A stretch of 62,324 bases of DNA, counting the filler, from Choristocarpus tenellus KU-1152 (Eukaryota; Protista; Phaeophyceae), in NCBI GenBank assembly GCA_964200185.2. It is 11 parts of 11 records of this genome, joined end to end, with 100 filler letters (N's around TTAATTAATTAA, not from the genome) between each part and the next. Parts side by side here need not be neighbours in the genome. Positions count along the whole stretch, not along the records: positions 24,711 to 29,485 come from CAXNAD020013105.1; positions 29,586 to 32,452 come from CAXNAD020024091.1; positions 32,553 to 36,083 come from CAXNAD020019424.1; positions 36,184 to 47,672 come from CAXNAD020002290.1; 7 more parts are not named here. One strand, 5' to 3'. The notes under the pieces were generated by a model, which was not told the DNA's origin, searched no databases, and saw only the letters and a list, made by a program, of their open reading frames with translations. Positions 25,047-36,480 of the stretch are shown in pieces. Both the position numbers and the translations under genes were made by a program. How positions within the stretch are numbered: position 1 is the first letter of the stretch; the number at the start of each line of letters is the position of its first letter.

Positions 25047-26193
25047 CTATCCAGTACACGCTCAAGAAGGCCTGCGGCAGTTGAAAACTCCATGAATGCC
25101 ATGCACGCCTCCGCCTCCTCAAGGCACAGCACTGCCCACTCCAGCTCGATGTCTGAGAGCCGCTGCCCGACCTGGTTCCTTGATCTTTTTTAGGGCAGGG
25201 GGTGGGGGAAGTAGGAAATAGAGAACAAAACGGGTTGGTTCGTTTCCCATTCACACTACTTTTGTTCCTCAAATAAAAATATACTCTGGAGTAGAAAAAC
25301 AATAGCGATTGCAAGCGCAGTCAACTTTTTGGATCTTACAGAGGATTTCGCCCAGCTCGCACTTTCTGTGTGCTGCAACAGCAAGAAAAACCCGGCAATA
25401 CTACCTCTCTCCGCTGCACTCATTAAGTCCCTTGGCCCCCTCCGAAGTGCCAACTCGTGTCAACCTTAATGGGATGCATGACAAAATCAGAGACATCTCA
25501 CCAGAGCCAACAAGGTTGTTCAACTAACACCAACAGAACGTCGTTCAATTTTCCTTGCCTATTGACGCTCTTGACCAACTCGAAGCGATCCACTGGTCCA
25601 ACATGAGTCCATCCAGAGAAGAATCCTTTGCCACAACGAGGCAACGCTCTTAGAGGTGGTGGCAGCCAATTCCCCCCCTGCAACTGCAGCCTTTCTGCCA
25701 AGGTATCCTTCTCCACAGGAATGACATCCTCGATAGTCTCGTCCGTGCCTTGGGTTGCCATGCAACTGCCAAAGTAACCTCTCTTCCCTTTCAAACGCAC
25801 TCTAATGTGCCCTGTTGTCTTATCCTCCCCACCTTGGCATTCCTTTGCTGATGCTCGCTCATCTTTGGAGTTACCTCCATTGTCACCCTGTCCCACAGGG
25901 TACCCATTCTTCGAAGACCTCCCTTGACTATAGTGCTTTGCAGTGGTCTCGGAAGCATCGCAAGACTGGTGCAGGGTGTCTTTGGTTGGTAACACATTGT
26001 TGGGAATGGGACGGGTGTGTATGCCGCCAACACCGTTTGGTTTGCACCCGACGATCGATGGAGGACGGCACAAAGTATGGTGGAGCATCGACTCCAGCTC
26101 CGCGATGCACTCCATCTTTCGCTCGTTGAAGATATCAAAAGATGCATCAGCTGGCGAAAATAAGGACCTGAAGTGAAGATGATGTGGGTACAT
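25047..26193 (-). CDS. Putative exons of an unknown protein (clear exon 25171-25047; long ORF 25498-26193)
   Basis: AG/GTGAG-bounded exon VGQRLSDIELEWAVLCLEEAEACMAFMEFSTAAGLLERVLD and a 231-aa ORF. Splicing between them not resolved; may be decayed. Confidence 0.35.
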
Positions 26194-26959
26194 CCAGGAA
26201 AGAAGTCATCTCATCTCAACATTCTCAGGGGCACAAATGTGATCATGTAGCCTATTCCAAATTTTCAAAAGAGGCACCTGATCACAAATCATGAGATTAC
26301 CAACCCCAAACTGTCAACTCCACCTGTTGAGACCTTGGAGATCACGGGATATACTTTGCTTCCCAGTTACCGCCTCCTCCCCCTCGTCCCCAAGTTTCTT
26401 CCTATCTTCAACAGTGACTTGAGCTCCCTCATTATCCCGTTGCCGACGCATTGAGATTTTGAGCCTTCTGCTGTGCAGCAACCAAGTCAGCGGAAAAGTT
26501 GATCGTGTGACTTTTGAAGGTAAGTAGAGTAAAGATGATACTAGGAGTGCGTATTATTTGGAAGGGAACATCGATAATAGGAAACCACTCCAGAAAACGG
26601 TCCTCCAATATTTCTCTATAATAAGGGCGATCTATCTACCAGATGAGACTTGTTGAGATGTTTGACAATGGAGTTGTAGCAAATCAAAAACAGCAGTAGT
26701 GTAGTGCCGAGTCTTAACCACAGTATTTGTAGAAACTGCATCCACAGTTGCCATGCACACTCCATCACAACTTTAATAACATCCAACATAACCTGATTCA
26801 CTCGGATTTGGGATTCCTCCTTAATGTTGCGAGTGGCAATGCTCCAGTAGTTACAACAGAAGCAGTGTCGGCTTTCTGTGAGACCTCTTGTGGAAGATGA
26901 TAATCTGCGCATGGTCACTAGGGAAGAGCGAGTCAATGAAGCTGAGAATGATGATTTGG

Positions 26960-28170
26960 GGGTGGATATTGCTAGTTTGCGTAGGAGGAACAGGGATACC
27001 GTCGGGCTTTTTGGCTGCTTGGCCCGAACACGCAGAACTGGATCAACCGGGCCGACCTGCAAGTAACTTTAACCTTGTTCCTCCATCGTACTTTCCACAA
27101 AGTCATCCTCCCATTGTCAAACTCCTGCGGGGAGGCTGGTTTGCACCAGGTAATGGAGCACCAGAAAAACCACTAGTCGAAGGGGAAGGAGCAATAGCGA
27201 ACTCAGAGGGACGAGGAGTAGGGACTGTACCAGGGGGTGGTAGTGATTCTAACGGAAGGACCACCACAGAGAGAAAGAAACACCGTCAGGAGGACCATTT
27301 TTTGTCTGAGGAGGAAAAACTGCGACACACTCTCTTGAGTGTGGATGGGCCGGACAGGTGGGTCGGTTCGTGTTGCTTTTATAGAGTTGGATTATGTCTG
27401 GAGGGGACAGGTTTTAGAGTGCACATATTTTTATGGTGATTGGGAGATATGCTGGGAGTTGTTGCCATGCCTCTGAGGAACGTTTGCCCTCCTCTTCAAG
27501 CCCAAGAAGTCAAACCCATGAGAAAGCCATGTTGAACGTGCCCAAGAGACTCCTGTTGAAGGTCAGTACATCCGCTCTTTGGGTAGTCACTCTTTCGGAA
27601 AGCTCGAAGAACTGCCTGCCCGTCCCCCGACATGTTCGCAGGATACTTAGAGAGTCAGAGCGCATACCAGCACTCCTCCTCCTTTCCGACAACGCTCTCC
27701 GAATCACTTACGCGACTCCAGCGGATGGACGGCTCGCGGCCCTAGCCATCTACCGCCTTGGGGCTGCCGCCCGCGCGAGTGAGACAGGGACTGCTGTGAG
27801 AGTGGATGCAACGCCTGGAAGCAATAGTGGAGTGTCTGGCTCTGCTGCCCCAAGCACAGGAAGCGAGAATACAGGCAATGATGTGACTACCACTGAAAAG
27901 GGGTTTCAACGGACTGTGGAGGGAAGAGACACAGAGGTTGGTGATCCTGCAACTGTCCTACAAAATCCTTTAGAAAACCATCAAGAAGGAGGCCATAAGG
28001 TGGATGGGGAGGGTCAGACGAAGGGGAAGATGATGGGGCAGGGGCAGAGCTCGAATGGTGGGGGGCAAGTGATGGATCTGGATGCAGTGACTGGCGACCA
28101 ACGTTTTGACCAGCTGGTGGAGTGTGTGGTGTGCACGGCAGAGGAACTTTCAATGTCTGATATCAGCAAG
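26960..28170 (+). CDS. Putative exons of an unknown protein with low-complexity inserts
   Basis: Long ORFs 26888-27439 and 27433-28200 with plausible donors at about 27358 (AG|GTGGGT) and 28171 (AAG|GTCAGA). No family recognised. Confidence 0.35.
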
Positions 28171-29029
28171 GTCAGAATAGAATATAGTATGATTTCGTAA
28201 GTACAACAAAAGCAGAAAATTGAGGGGTCAGGGTTAGAGTTAAGATTTAGGTTAAGGTGTAGGTACAGTTGCTGTTAGGGGTAGCGTCCGGATGAAGGGG
28301 GGTTGAGACTATGTGGATCTTTTGCTTGTGTGGACACTTTTTGTGAGGAAATGAAACCGCAACCCACCAAGTTTAATCTAAAATACTTGGCTTGGCCTCT
28401 CCAGCTCTCTTTTGACCCCTCCCACCTGGTCTGTTCCGTGTACTCTGTATCATGCAGAAAGCCTATCTCCCTTTTTTCGGATTTGTTTGACTTTATCCTG
28501 CCTGATATCTTCTCTTTTAAATCAAATGCGGTGCTTTTATTTAGCTTAATCTGCTAATGCAGCGTCCAGACTGTGTATGCTTAGTCCATAGATCTTCTTG
28601 CAGTCACAACTGTGGAGATCAGTGTGGGTAGGTCCCTCAGGGGCGATTCTACCCATGTTGTGACGCTCCTAGGTTAGAGATCGACCCTTCAGAGGTGATT
28701 CCACATTGTCATGGCGTTCTTCCCATTCCCTACCCCATTGTCTTCTCAAAAAAGCGCTAGGAGCATGTAATTTTCCAATGTAAAAGAGTTGGATCTTGAA
28801 AGGTGGTGCGAAATGACCCTGTAGACCTCAGCTACTTCTGATAGAAGTATCTTGGAGATCCAAGGAAGATCCCGATTTCGATTCTGGCAATCCAGACGTG
28901 CACTTGATTTCAGAGGTGAAACAACCAATATTTGGATCTTTGAGATCAGTGCCATTATTTTAGAGGTAAGTGCCTGAGGTCAATATGTTTCTTTCGCACC
29001 ACTTCCGAAGGTAGATATCATCTCAGCCC

Positions 29030-29068
29030 AAGAGTTACATCTAAGAGTTACATCTAAGAGTTACATCT
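29030..29068. repeat. 13-bp tandem repeat x3 (AAGAGTTACATCT)
   Basis: Three exact adjacent copies. Confidence 0.9.
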
Positions 29069-29585
29069 CAGCCATGTGCGTGTACACACACCACGATGCA
29101 GTAAACATCTTGGGTGAATAATGAGGATTTTAGATCGACTGGCCCTTAAATGACTGGAGGGGTGAGTTGGAGATCAATCGGGGGTGCATTTTAGCGCTGA
29201 TGCTGCCATCAACGTTTTTCAACTTCCAATCTCTACTGCATCCTAATAAGGCAACCCCAGGGAATATTCTAGTAATCGAGGACAGCAAGAGGAACATAAT
29301 TGGGTGGATTTCCAGGCAATACTGTGCAGATCCATACGTAGGTGCATATGTGTCTAAAGCACAAGCTGGCATGGTTAGTTTTTGAATGGGTCATGGATTG
29401 GTCTCTGGATTGATATACAATTCGGGAACTCTTTTGAAATCCTCCAGTTGGCAAGAACATACTGTGACCACCTTACCCCCCTCCCNNNNNNNNNNNNNNN
29501 NNNNNNNNNNNNNNNNNNNNNNNNNNNNNTTAATTAATTAANNNNNNNNNNNNNNNNNNNNNNNNNNNNNNNNNNNNNNNNNNNN

Positions 29586-29658
29586 TTTCTTCGAAATCAC
29601 AACATAGGATTTTGACCCCCAAATGGACGCGGCTCTACCCTCTAAGATACTTTGGCTC
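29586..29658 (-). mobile_element. MITE family A end at contig start
   Basis: CCCCAAATGGACGCGGCTCTACCCTCTAAGATACTTTGGCTC. Confidence 0.88.
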
Positions 29659-29867
29659 AAGAGCACACATACACAGGAAACACACACTCCAGGTAGTCTT
29701 TCCACAGTACTACGAATGGTTCGTCATTCGATACAACAATGCCCGACTACGGTCTTCATCGTAGGAGATACTTATTAAACGTTCCTGTACAAGGTGCTGA
29801 AACCGGCACACATGTCGCTTACTGCTGTCTACATGATAAAACACAGTGGCGGTTTGACTTGCCTCAC

Positions 29868-31469
29868 AAGCAGACGGGTGCATAGCCCCTGCTTCAGAGA
29901 AGTGAAGCCGGCAAACTCCCCGCGACTCAGATAGCTCAGTGTGACCGTGTTGCGGTTGACCTGTGGTGACGAGGTCTCACACACTTCCTTCAGTACCTCG
30001 AAGGACTCTGGCTGAAGGGACTTTACGCCTTGCTTCCAGTTTCGTAGAGTTTTCGGCGGGGGAGTAAGACCCACCTTTGCGATGGGCAGAAAAGAAAAAC
30101 ATCATGCACCTAGCCAGCCAGGATGAGGCATCATTATTACCACGCCAACGGGGTATGTATGAGTATGGGGGGGTGTTATTCAGCGTCCTGGCCTAATGAT
30201 AAAACAAACAAGAACGCTTTATATTGTTCGTGTATATACAACACAGACACAGCATGTGGTTGCCCACGAAGGAGAGGGTTTGGTTGACAAAATGACGCAT
30301 CGTGCGTTTATTTTCTCTGGCAACACCGCAACGGTCCGGGTAAGGAGTGGACCTTACCCAGGAGAGGGGGGGGGAGGGGGTATGATACTCAGCGGCCTGG
30401 CCTACCTAGTGCAGAAAGAAAAAACTGTTCACTTCGTCTGTGATTTTGTACACACACATACTACATGGTCACCCGAAAATCAAGCATTTGGTTGACAGGG
30501 TTACTAAATGCGGGATAACTATCTGAACTTAGGTTGAGTAGGACAACACAGAGAGATCTTCACAACAGCTGTAACCCAACAAGAGGAGGAGTAGAGCGCC
30601 ACCATCCCACCAACGTTGACAACTCGCTCACGTTTTTGTACATTTTGCGGATCCCTACTAGTGACACTTCTTTCTTCTTCGTCTGGCGCTTGATAGCTTC
30701 TTGGAGCTCGTGCTGAAAATATACCTTATCGTACAGCATGCGCTCAACCACACTCTCGGTCGCGTCGTTGAATGCTATAAGCATGGCGGTGCAGTGGGCG
30801 AGCGGGGCAAGGGGTAGGTGGGAAGCTGTCGTGGGACACACACGGCAGGCAGTAGTGAGCAACATGTTGCTGCTGACAGAAGGACCACGAGGGATAAAAA
30901 AGATCAACAACGAAAAGATCAACAACGGGCCGACTGACGATGAACCAAACAAAAGAAACACGGCAACAACATAGTAGATCAGAAGAGTCATCAGGCGATC
31001 ATGGAACAACAACAACACTCCATCACTCACCGTTGGCAATTGGCCTCTCTTCTGCTTGGTTGAACTCCATGTAGACCATCATCATGAAAGCGCGTTCGAG
31101 ATCAAACTCTCTCTTCAACACCGTTATTCTATTGTTTCCGTCCAGTGTGCGTCCTTGAACGGCAAGCGCAGTGTCGGCGGTGAGCTGGTCCCCGTTGCCT
31201 AAGCAGTCTCGTTGGATGACGATGGACGGAGCAAACTGCTCGAGCCAGCCCTTTTCACGGATAGACTTGCTGACGCGCGCAAGGCCACGCTTGCTCAGGG
31301 GCCGCACCATCTCCGTGCATGTGATGTTGCCGAGTTTAATTTTGTACATGCCGAGGTAGTGCTGTTTGAGCAGCGAGGACATGCCCTTGGCATTGCTGTC
31401 CGACGCTCTCGATCCGCGGGCAGCACCATTGGCGCGCGGGGGGGTCGCATTTGAGCGAATGTTGGACAT
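29868..31469 (-). CDS. Intron-containing ParB/Sulfiredoxin-fold protein with possible downstream HTH; exons 31469-31031, 30774-30632, 30074-about 29868; 3' end unresolved
   Basis: VRPLSKRGLARVSKSIREKGWL..APSIVI...TLDGNNRITVL...ERPIAN/AFNDATESVVERMLYDK/...PPPKTLRNWKQG. GT-AG junctions give matching phases (1, 0) with no stops, and the start context is GCC-ATG. Confidence 0.7.
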
Positions 31470-31743
31470 GGCGAAGATTTGGAAGGTGTGATGGGGATAG
31501 ATAAGAAAGAGCTGCTGGCGGTATGTGCGTAAGGGAAGGAATGGAAATGAGGAGTGAGGGCTGGGAGGTGCTGCTTTATTTCATCTGGTCCGTTGGTACC
31601 CAAGGAACTCAGATTTCTCTTTCCGTTGATAATTATGTTCCAAAAAATATGAATAGAGAGTATCAGGTTTTTGTGACCTTTTCGTTTCGGAACATTTCAA
31701 ACGTATTAGATCAATAAAGTATGTGGTTTATATTTTTATTTAA

Positions 31744-32080
31744 TGAAATTAAGAATAGAATCTAATATTTATTTCATAATAACCAGAATACATGTATTTT
31801 CCAGAACATGGATTTCAGACTGGTCCGACGCATCACTTGAAACTCAAATATCATACACCCGGCTTTGAATTCAATTCAATCGTGCCCAAGACCGCCTGTT
31901 GCCTGAAATCAGAATAGATTCTAGTTTTTATTTCATCATAGCGAAAATAAACGCGTTTTCCAGAACACGGATTTCATTTTTGTCCGACGGGTCTCTTCAA
32001 ACTCAAACGTCGTATGCCCAGCTTCGAATTCAATTCACTCCTAGACCTTCTCACTGCCCAAGGCCGCTTGTTGCCTGAAA
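31744..32080. repeat. Two imperfect direct repeats (about 160-175 bp) in the divergent intergenic region
   Basis: AGAATAGA.TCTA..TTTTATTTCAT...TTTTCCAGAACA.GGATTTCA...GTCCGACG...AAACTCAAA...GAATTCAATTCA...TGCCCAAG.CCGC.TGTTGCCTGAAA occurs twice. Confidence 0.85.
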
Positions 32081-32085
32081 ACACC

Positions 32086-32452
32086 ATGACAGTTGCTCCC
32101 ACAGCAAGGGGTTGGCTTTTGTCACCTGCGCCGCCCCCTGCGTTTCCCCCTCATCAGTCAGCCAACAATGATGCGCTGGAGCTTTCTACCAATGACGTTT
32201 CTACCAATGACGCTTCAGCAACCAGCGCCAAGCTTCGCCAAGAATGGGCTGAACCCATCCCAGCCAACGAACAGGGTGACTGCTGCAAGCGCTCAGCCTG
32301 TGTGAAGAAGTTCACGGCAGATAGCAAGTCCTTCCTTGCCCGCATGTTGGCCAAGGAGCAGGACATCATCCGGGCGTGTGAGAGACGCGGCGATCGCAAG
32401 CGCTTCGTTGTTGACCTTGTACCTGTCATTAAGTTGGGACCTGGAGGCGGAT
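32086..32452 (+). CDS. N-terminus of an unknown Cys-motif protein (CCx3-C), possibly a transposase; truncated by contig end
   Basis: ACC-ATG start, GC-rich coding-like open frame to the gap, CCKRSACVKKF motif. Transposase identity is inference. Confidence 0.45.
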
Positions 32453-32552
32453 NNNNNNNNNNNNNNNNNNNNNNNNNNNNNNNNNNNNNNNNNNNNTTAA
32501 TTAATTAANNNNNNNNNNNNNNNNNNNNNNNNNNNNNNNNNNNNNNNNNNNN

Positions 32553-34480
32553 CCCCCCCCTGCCTCAATGATACAAAATCTCACTCCTCTTCCAGTAAGA
32601 CTTCGTCGAACTCCCTGTGTCCACCCTCTTGGACAATTTTCTTGTACCCGATGTCTGCTCTGACAACAAGATAGCTGAGGATTAGACTCTGGTGCACTGA
32701 TGTCAAGGTTTGCCTCCACAGGCACACTCTTTCCTGTAGAAACACCTTCCTAGTTGGTGCCATCTTAGTCACCAACACCTCCTGTATCAAGGATTCCAAC
32801 AAGTAACCGATCCTTGCTGCTGGGCCCCATGCATGCACCACGCGCACTGTCCACGTTGGTCGATATTTCAAATTTGTCTTTGCCCAGTAAATTGTATGAA
32901 GGTTCCCACATCACTGTAGGTGCAATCCTTTTAATCGGAACCAGACACATCTGCAGTCGCTCTGTCTTGACAGTCCCCCTTGCCTTTTCCCCCCTTCTCT
33001 GGACCCTCACCCCTGACTGTCTGCACTAGAACCTTGATGCCCCTTCCCTCTAGCACCCTGGGCAGAAATTGTATCATATCTATGCTTGAGAAGCTATCTT
33101 GCACCTGCATGGGATGGTACGGAGGCCACTGTGGACGTAAATGGCCCCCAACCCTTGAGATATATGCGGGGGTTTGCCGTTACCTGTGAGATGACCAGTT
33201 CAGTCTCCAGTCGTGGTTGACTTACAGGACTTGTTGTATGTACCAGCCCACTTGCCAATGATGAAGTGTGAATGACACCTTCCGCCCTAGATTACATCTC
33301 TCTAGCAATACCCTTGTATCCTGTCCTTATTCATCTCCACATTTGAGGCAAAAGGGGTTGTTTGCTGTCCCACTTACGTGAGGGGGGGCTGTCCACCCCG
33401 CCTAGTCATAAGCCTACCACCTAGAAAGACTTGCCACTCCGTGGGGACATCACAGCTGTGGACTGAGCTCCCTCTACATACAGCCTAAGCTTGGAGTACC
33501 GCTGATGGGTGAACTGAGAGTCTAGCTCCCCTGTTCTGATGCTCCTAATCTCTTTGACTGACTTGGTGTTAGTTGGTGGTACACATGACATGCCTTGTGT
33601 TAGACGGCCCCATAGTAACTCTTGGGGGTGCTATGCTACGTTGACCCTGAAGTAGGTAGGCGACATTAACCCTTAAGTAGCTAGGACTGAGCTGGACGGT
33701 GACCAAACTCCCTGCCTAGAGCCTCGCTTTTAGCTTCCTATTTTGCATGGCAGGGACCCATAGACATGCCTGTGTAGCGATAGCTCTTTGGACTCCACAC
33801 AAATTTCCCTTTTTCTCTCCCTTTTTGTCCCTTCATCCTGTGAACAGACTGCTCCCTTACCTTCCCTTACCCCCTCCCTATCCGTCCCCATCCCCTTCCC
33901 TGGGCTCCTGTCCCTTTCCTCTCCAGCTCACTCCACCCGTAGCCAATTTCCTCTTCCACCTCCCCCTCAACCTCCAATCCTCTCCCCCTGCCCCCCTCAT
34001 TTTCCCTCTGTAACCTCCTGTGACTACATCGGTATGACCCTTTTGTAGACCCCTTCTTGGTGTCCTCATGGCTTCTTCCTCATAACCTAATGGTGGCAGT
34101 TCCCATCCTTCACTCACACCAACTCTGTCTCCAGTGTGTAGCAGGTCACTGGTTCCATCTATCAAAACCTATCCTGCCGCACCCTGTGCCTGAGGCACCA
34201 CCTGTCCCCAATTGCCAACCCTCAACCCCCCCACATTCATCAGGGCCTCCCCCTGACTTTGTCTCTCTCTTGCCCTCCCTGTTCGCACCACCAATCCCTA
34301 CCCAATACTGACCTGTGCTTGAGCCACCATCTGGATCCCCCTACTGACTCCCAATACCTCCACATTTGCAAGGGCCAACGCTTCCTTCCCCACCATGCTA
34401 TGCTCCAGTTTCGCCACTGACTTGTGGTCACAGTACAAGTACTGTACCTTGGCCCTAGAGGGGGGTTCCATTGTGAGCCC
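32553..34480 (-). mobile_element. Heavily decayed non-LTR (LINE-like) relic with AP-endonuclease-like fragments
   Basis: Fragments FIIGKWAG, LGAIYVHSG and HAWGPAARIGYLL recall APE motifs (IYAP, TW...SRIDY). Many frameshifts. Confidence 0.4.
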
Positions 34481-36207
34481 GTTGCTCTCCTACTTTACCT
34501 TCTTCCCTTAGTCCCACCAGGCCAGAGTTGAATGCTGAGAAAGGCGGATGTATTGCAAAACGTCATACAGGGCATATTAGCAGTAAACTACCATGAATGA
34601 AAAAGATCAAATCGAGCAAAAGGTGTCGTCAAATGTTATGTAGATATTATCCTCACCAACTGATGCAACCAAGGACCACTAGGACTGGTCCAGGATGGGA
34701 TACCTGACGTTGCAGGAGTCCTTACCCCAAGCACTGAATCCACCTCCAGTTGTGGTTATCCCAGGCGTGGATTGTATCCATTTTGTTTTCAAGGGGTCTA
34801 TTAGATGTGATGCGTGCCAACCCATTATCATATCCAAAATTCAGGTAAGCTCTATCTCTAGGCTGTGAATGTAGAATGAAAGTCCCTGTGGGTGGATATC
34901 TTGTAGTTGAATTGGAGGACGTAGAGATGTAAGGACACAGAAAACAGTCACAGAGATCCTTTAACAACAATGGCACGCCCCTCTAGGATACTTTGGTTCA
35001 GGAATGGATGCAATCAAAGGATTCCCCAGTGACGGAAACAAAGATAAATTTCCGTGTTCATAAGGATCAGGTGCAGTGGTCAACTGTCCTTACTCCAGCT
35101 CGCACCAGAGGTTATGTAACCTCCCACTAGCACCTCCTTCCTACAGCAACAAGTTAGGCAGTGAATCTGGGTTACAATTCCTTTGTCAATGACCTGGATC
35201 CTTTCCTAACGAAATACCTCAAAATGATATGAATAGCATGTTCTGACCTTAGAGGTTACATCAAGGTTGTGCCTTATCCACACCTTGAAGATGTTTGTGA
35301 GGATAGTATGCGTGTGGCCTCAACTTTAACTTTGCAGCTGAAGGTAACCTTAGTTATTGTATTATCAACACGTAGGATGTCCTACTTGCTAACCACCTCT
35401 TCTGCATTTTGTACACAATTGACATGCAGCAATGTACCATCATCATGCACCCCTGTTGCAGCACCCCAGTACCGTGAAATTCGATCCAAGCCCTTGAAAC
35501 TGTTCTTACAGTGCAACAACCTCACCTGATACTTCCCCAATGTCTGTGACATTTGGCGGGAACCTTTACAATGCTACTATGTATAGGTTCTTGCTCAAGT
35601 TGCAGCCAACACGCGCTCATTTTCCCTCTACGCCAAAAATGGATTCAAGGTGAGAGAGCTGCGGTCGCCCTCCTCTGCCATGATGGCTGCTTGTATTGCC
35701 TTTGATGGTGTTCTCCATTAGCTGTTACAAGTTATTTATTTACAAGTTCAAGATGATACCTCAAGTGTTGCTTGCCAGCCACACTCGAGTCCTGAAGTGC
35801 AATCAATATTGGGTTATCCAAGCCGTTCCTGAAGCATAGTTTTTGGATTGGTGGTAGTATTTGGGTTTTGGGTGTTGAATGTTGAGGCTTGTTAGGTACG
35901 CAAACCACATAAAAGCACAGTAGTAGAATGTCCAATTTGTACTTCATCTCAGGAAGCAAATACTTGTACCCATTATGTTAAGTTGTCCTTGACGATCTGT
36001 TGTCCCACACAACTAGTTATATTATTGTTTATTAACTTGTATCACAGTTAAGAAGAGAGTGAGATACCTGCACTAGGTGGGGCNNNNNNNNNNNNNNNNN
36101 NNNNNNNNNNNNNNNNNNNNNNNNNNNTTAATTAATTAANNNNNNNNNNNNNNNNNNNNNNNNNNNNNNNNNNNNNNNNNNNNATAGTATGCTCCATCCT
36201 CAATTTT

Positions 36208-36480
36208 GAGCCAAAGTATCTTAGAGGGTAGAGCCGCGTCCATTTGGGGGCAAAATCCAATGTTGCGATTTTGATTTAATTATGACTATCGTGTTTGTTA
36301 GGAAGAAGTGTCAAATATCCATATTTCCGGACACACCTATATACAACATAACATAACATAAACACTTTACCTACTCCTAAACATTTTGGAGTAGGAAAAT
36401 GCCACAAAAGAACCCATGGGAAGCCAAGCCCCAAATGGACAAACATGGCAAAACTCGTACTCTCTAAGATACTTTCACTC
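36208..36480 (+). mobile_element. MITE family A, TSD TTT(T)
   Basis: Full-length copy with both TIRs. Confidence 0.92.

Noticed and set aside
29868-31469. Bacterial or plasmid contamination as the source of the ParB-like gene
   Set aside because: It has phase-consistent spliceosomal introns and shares its contig with the host MITE-A.
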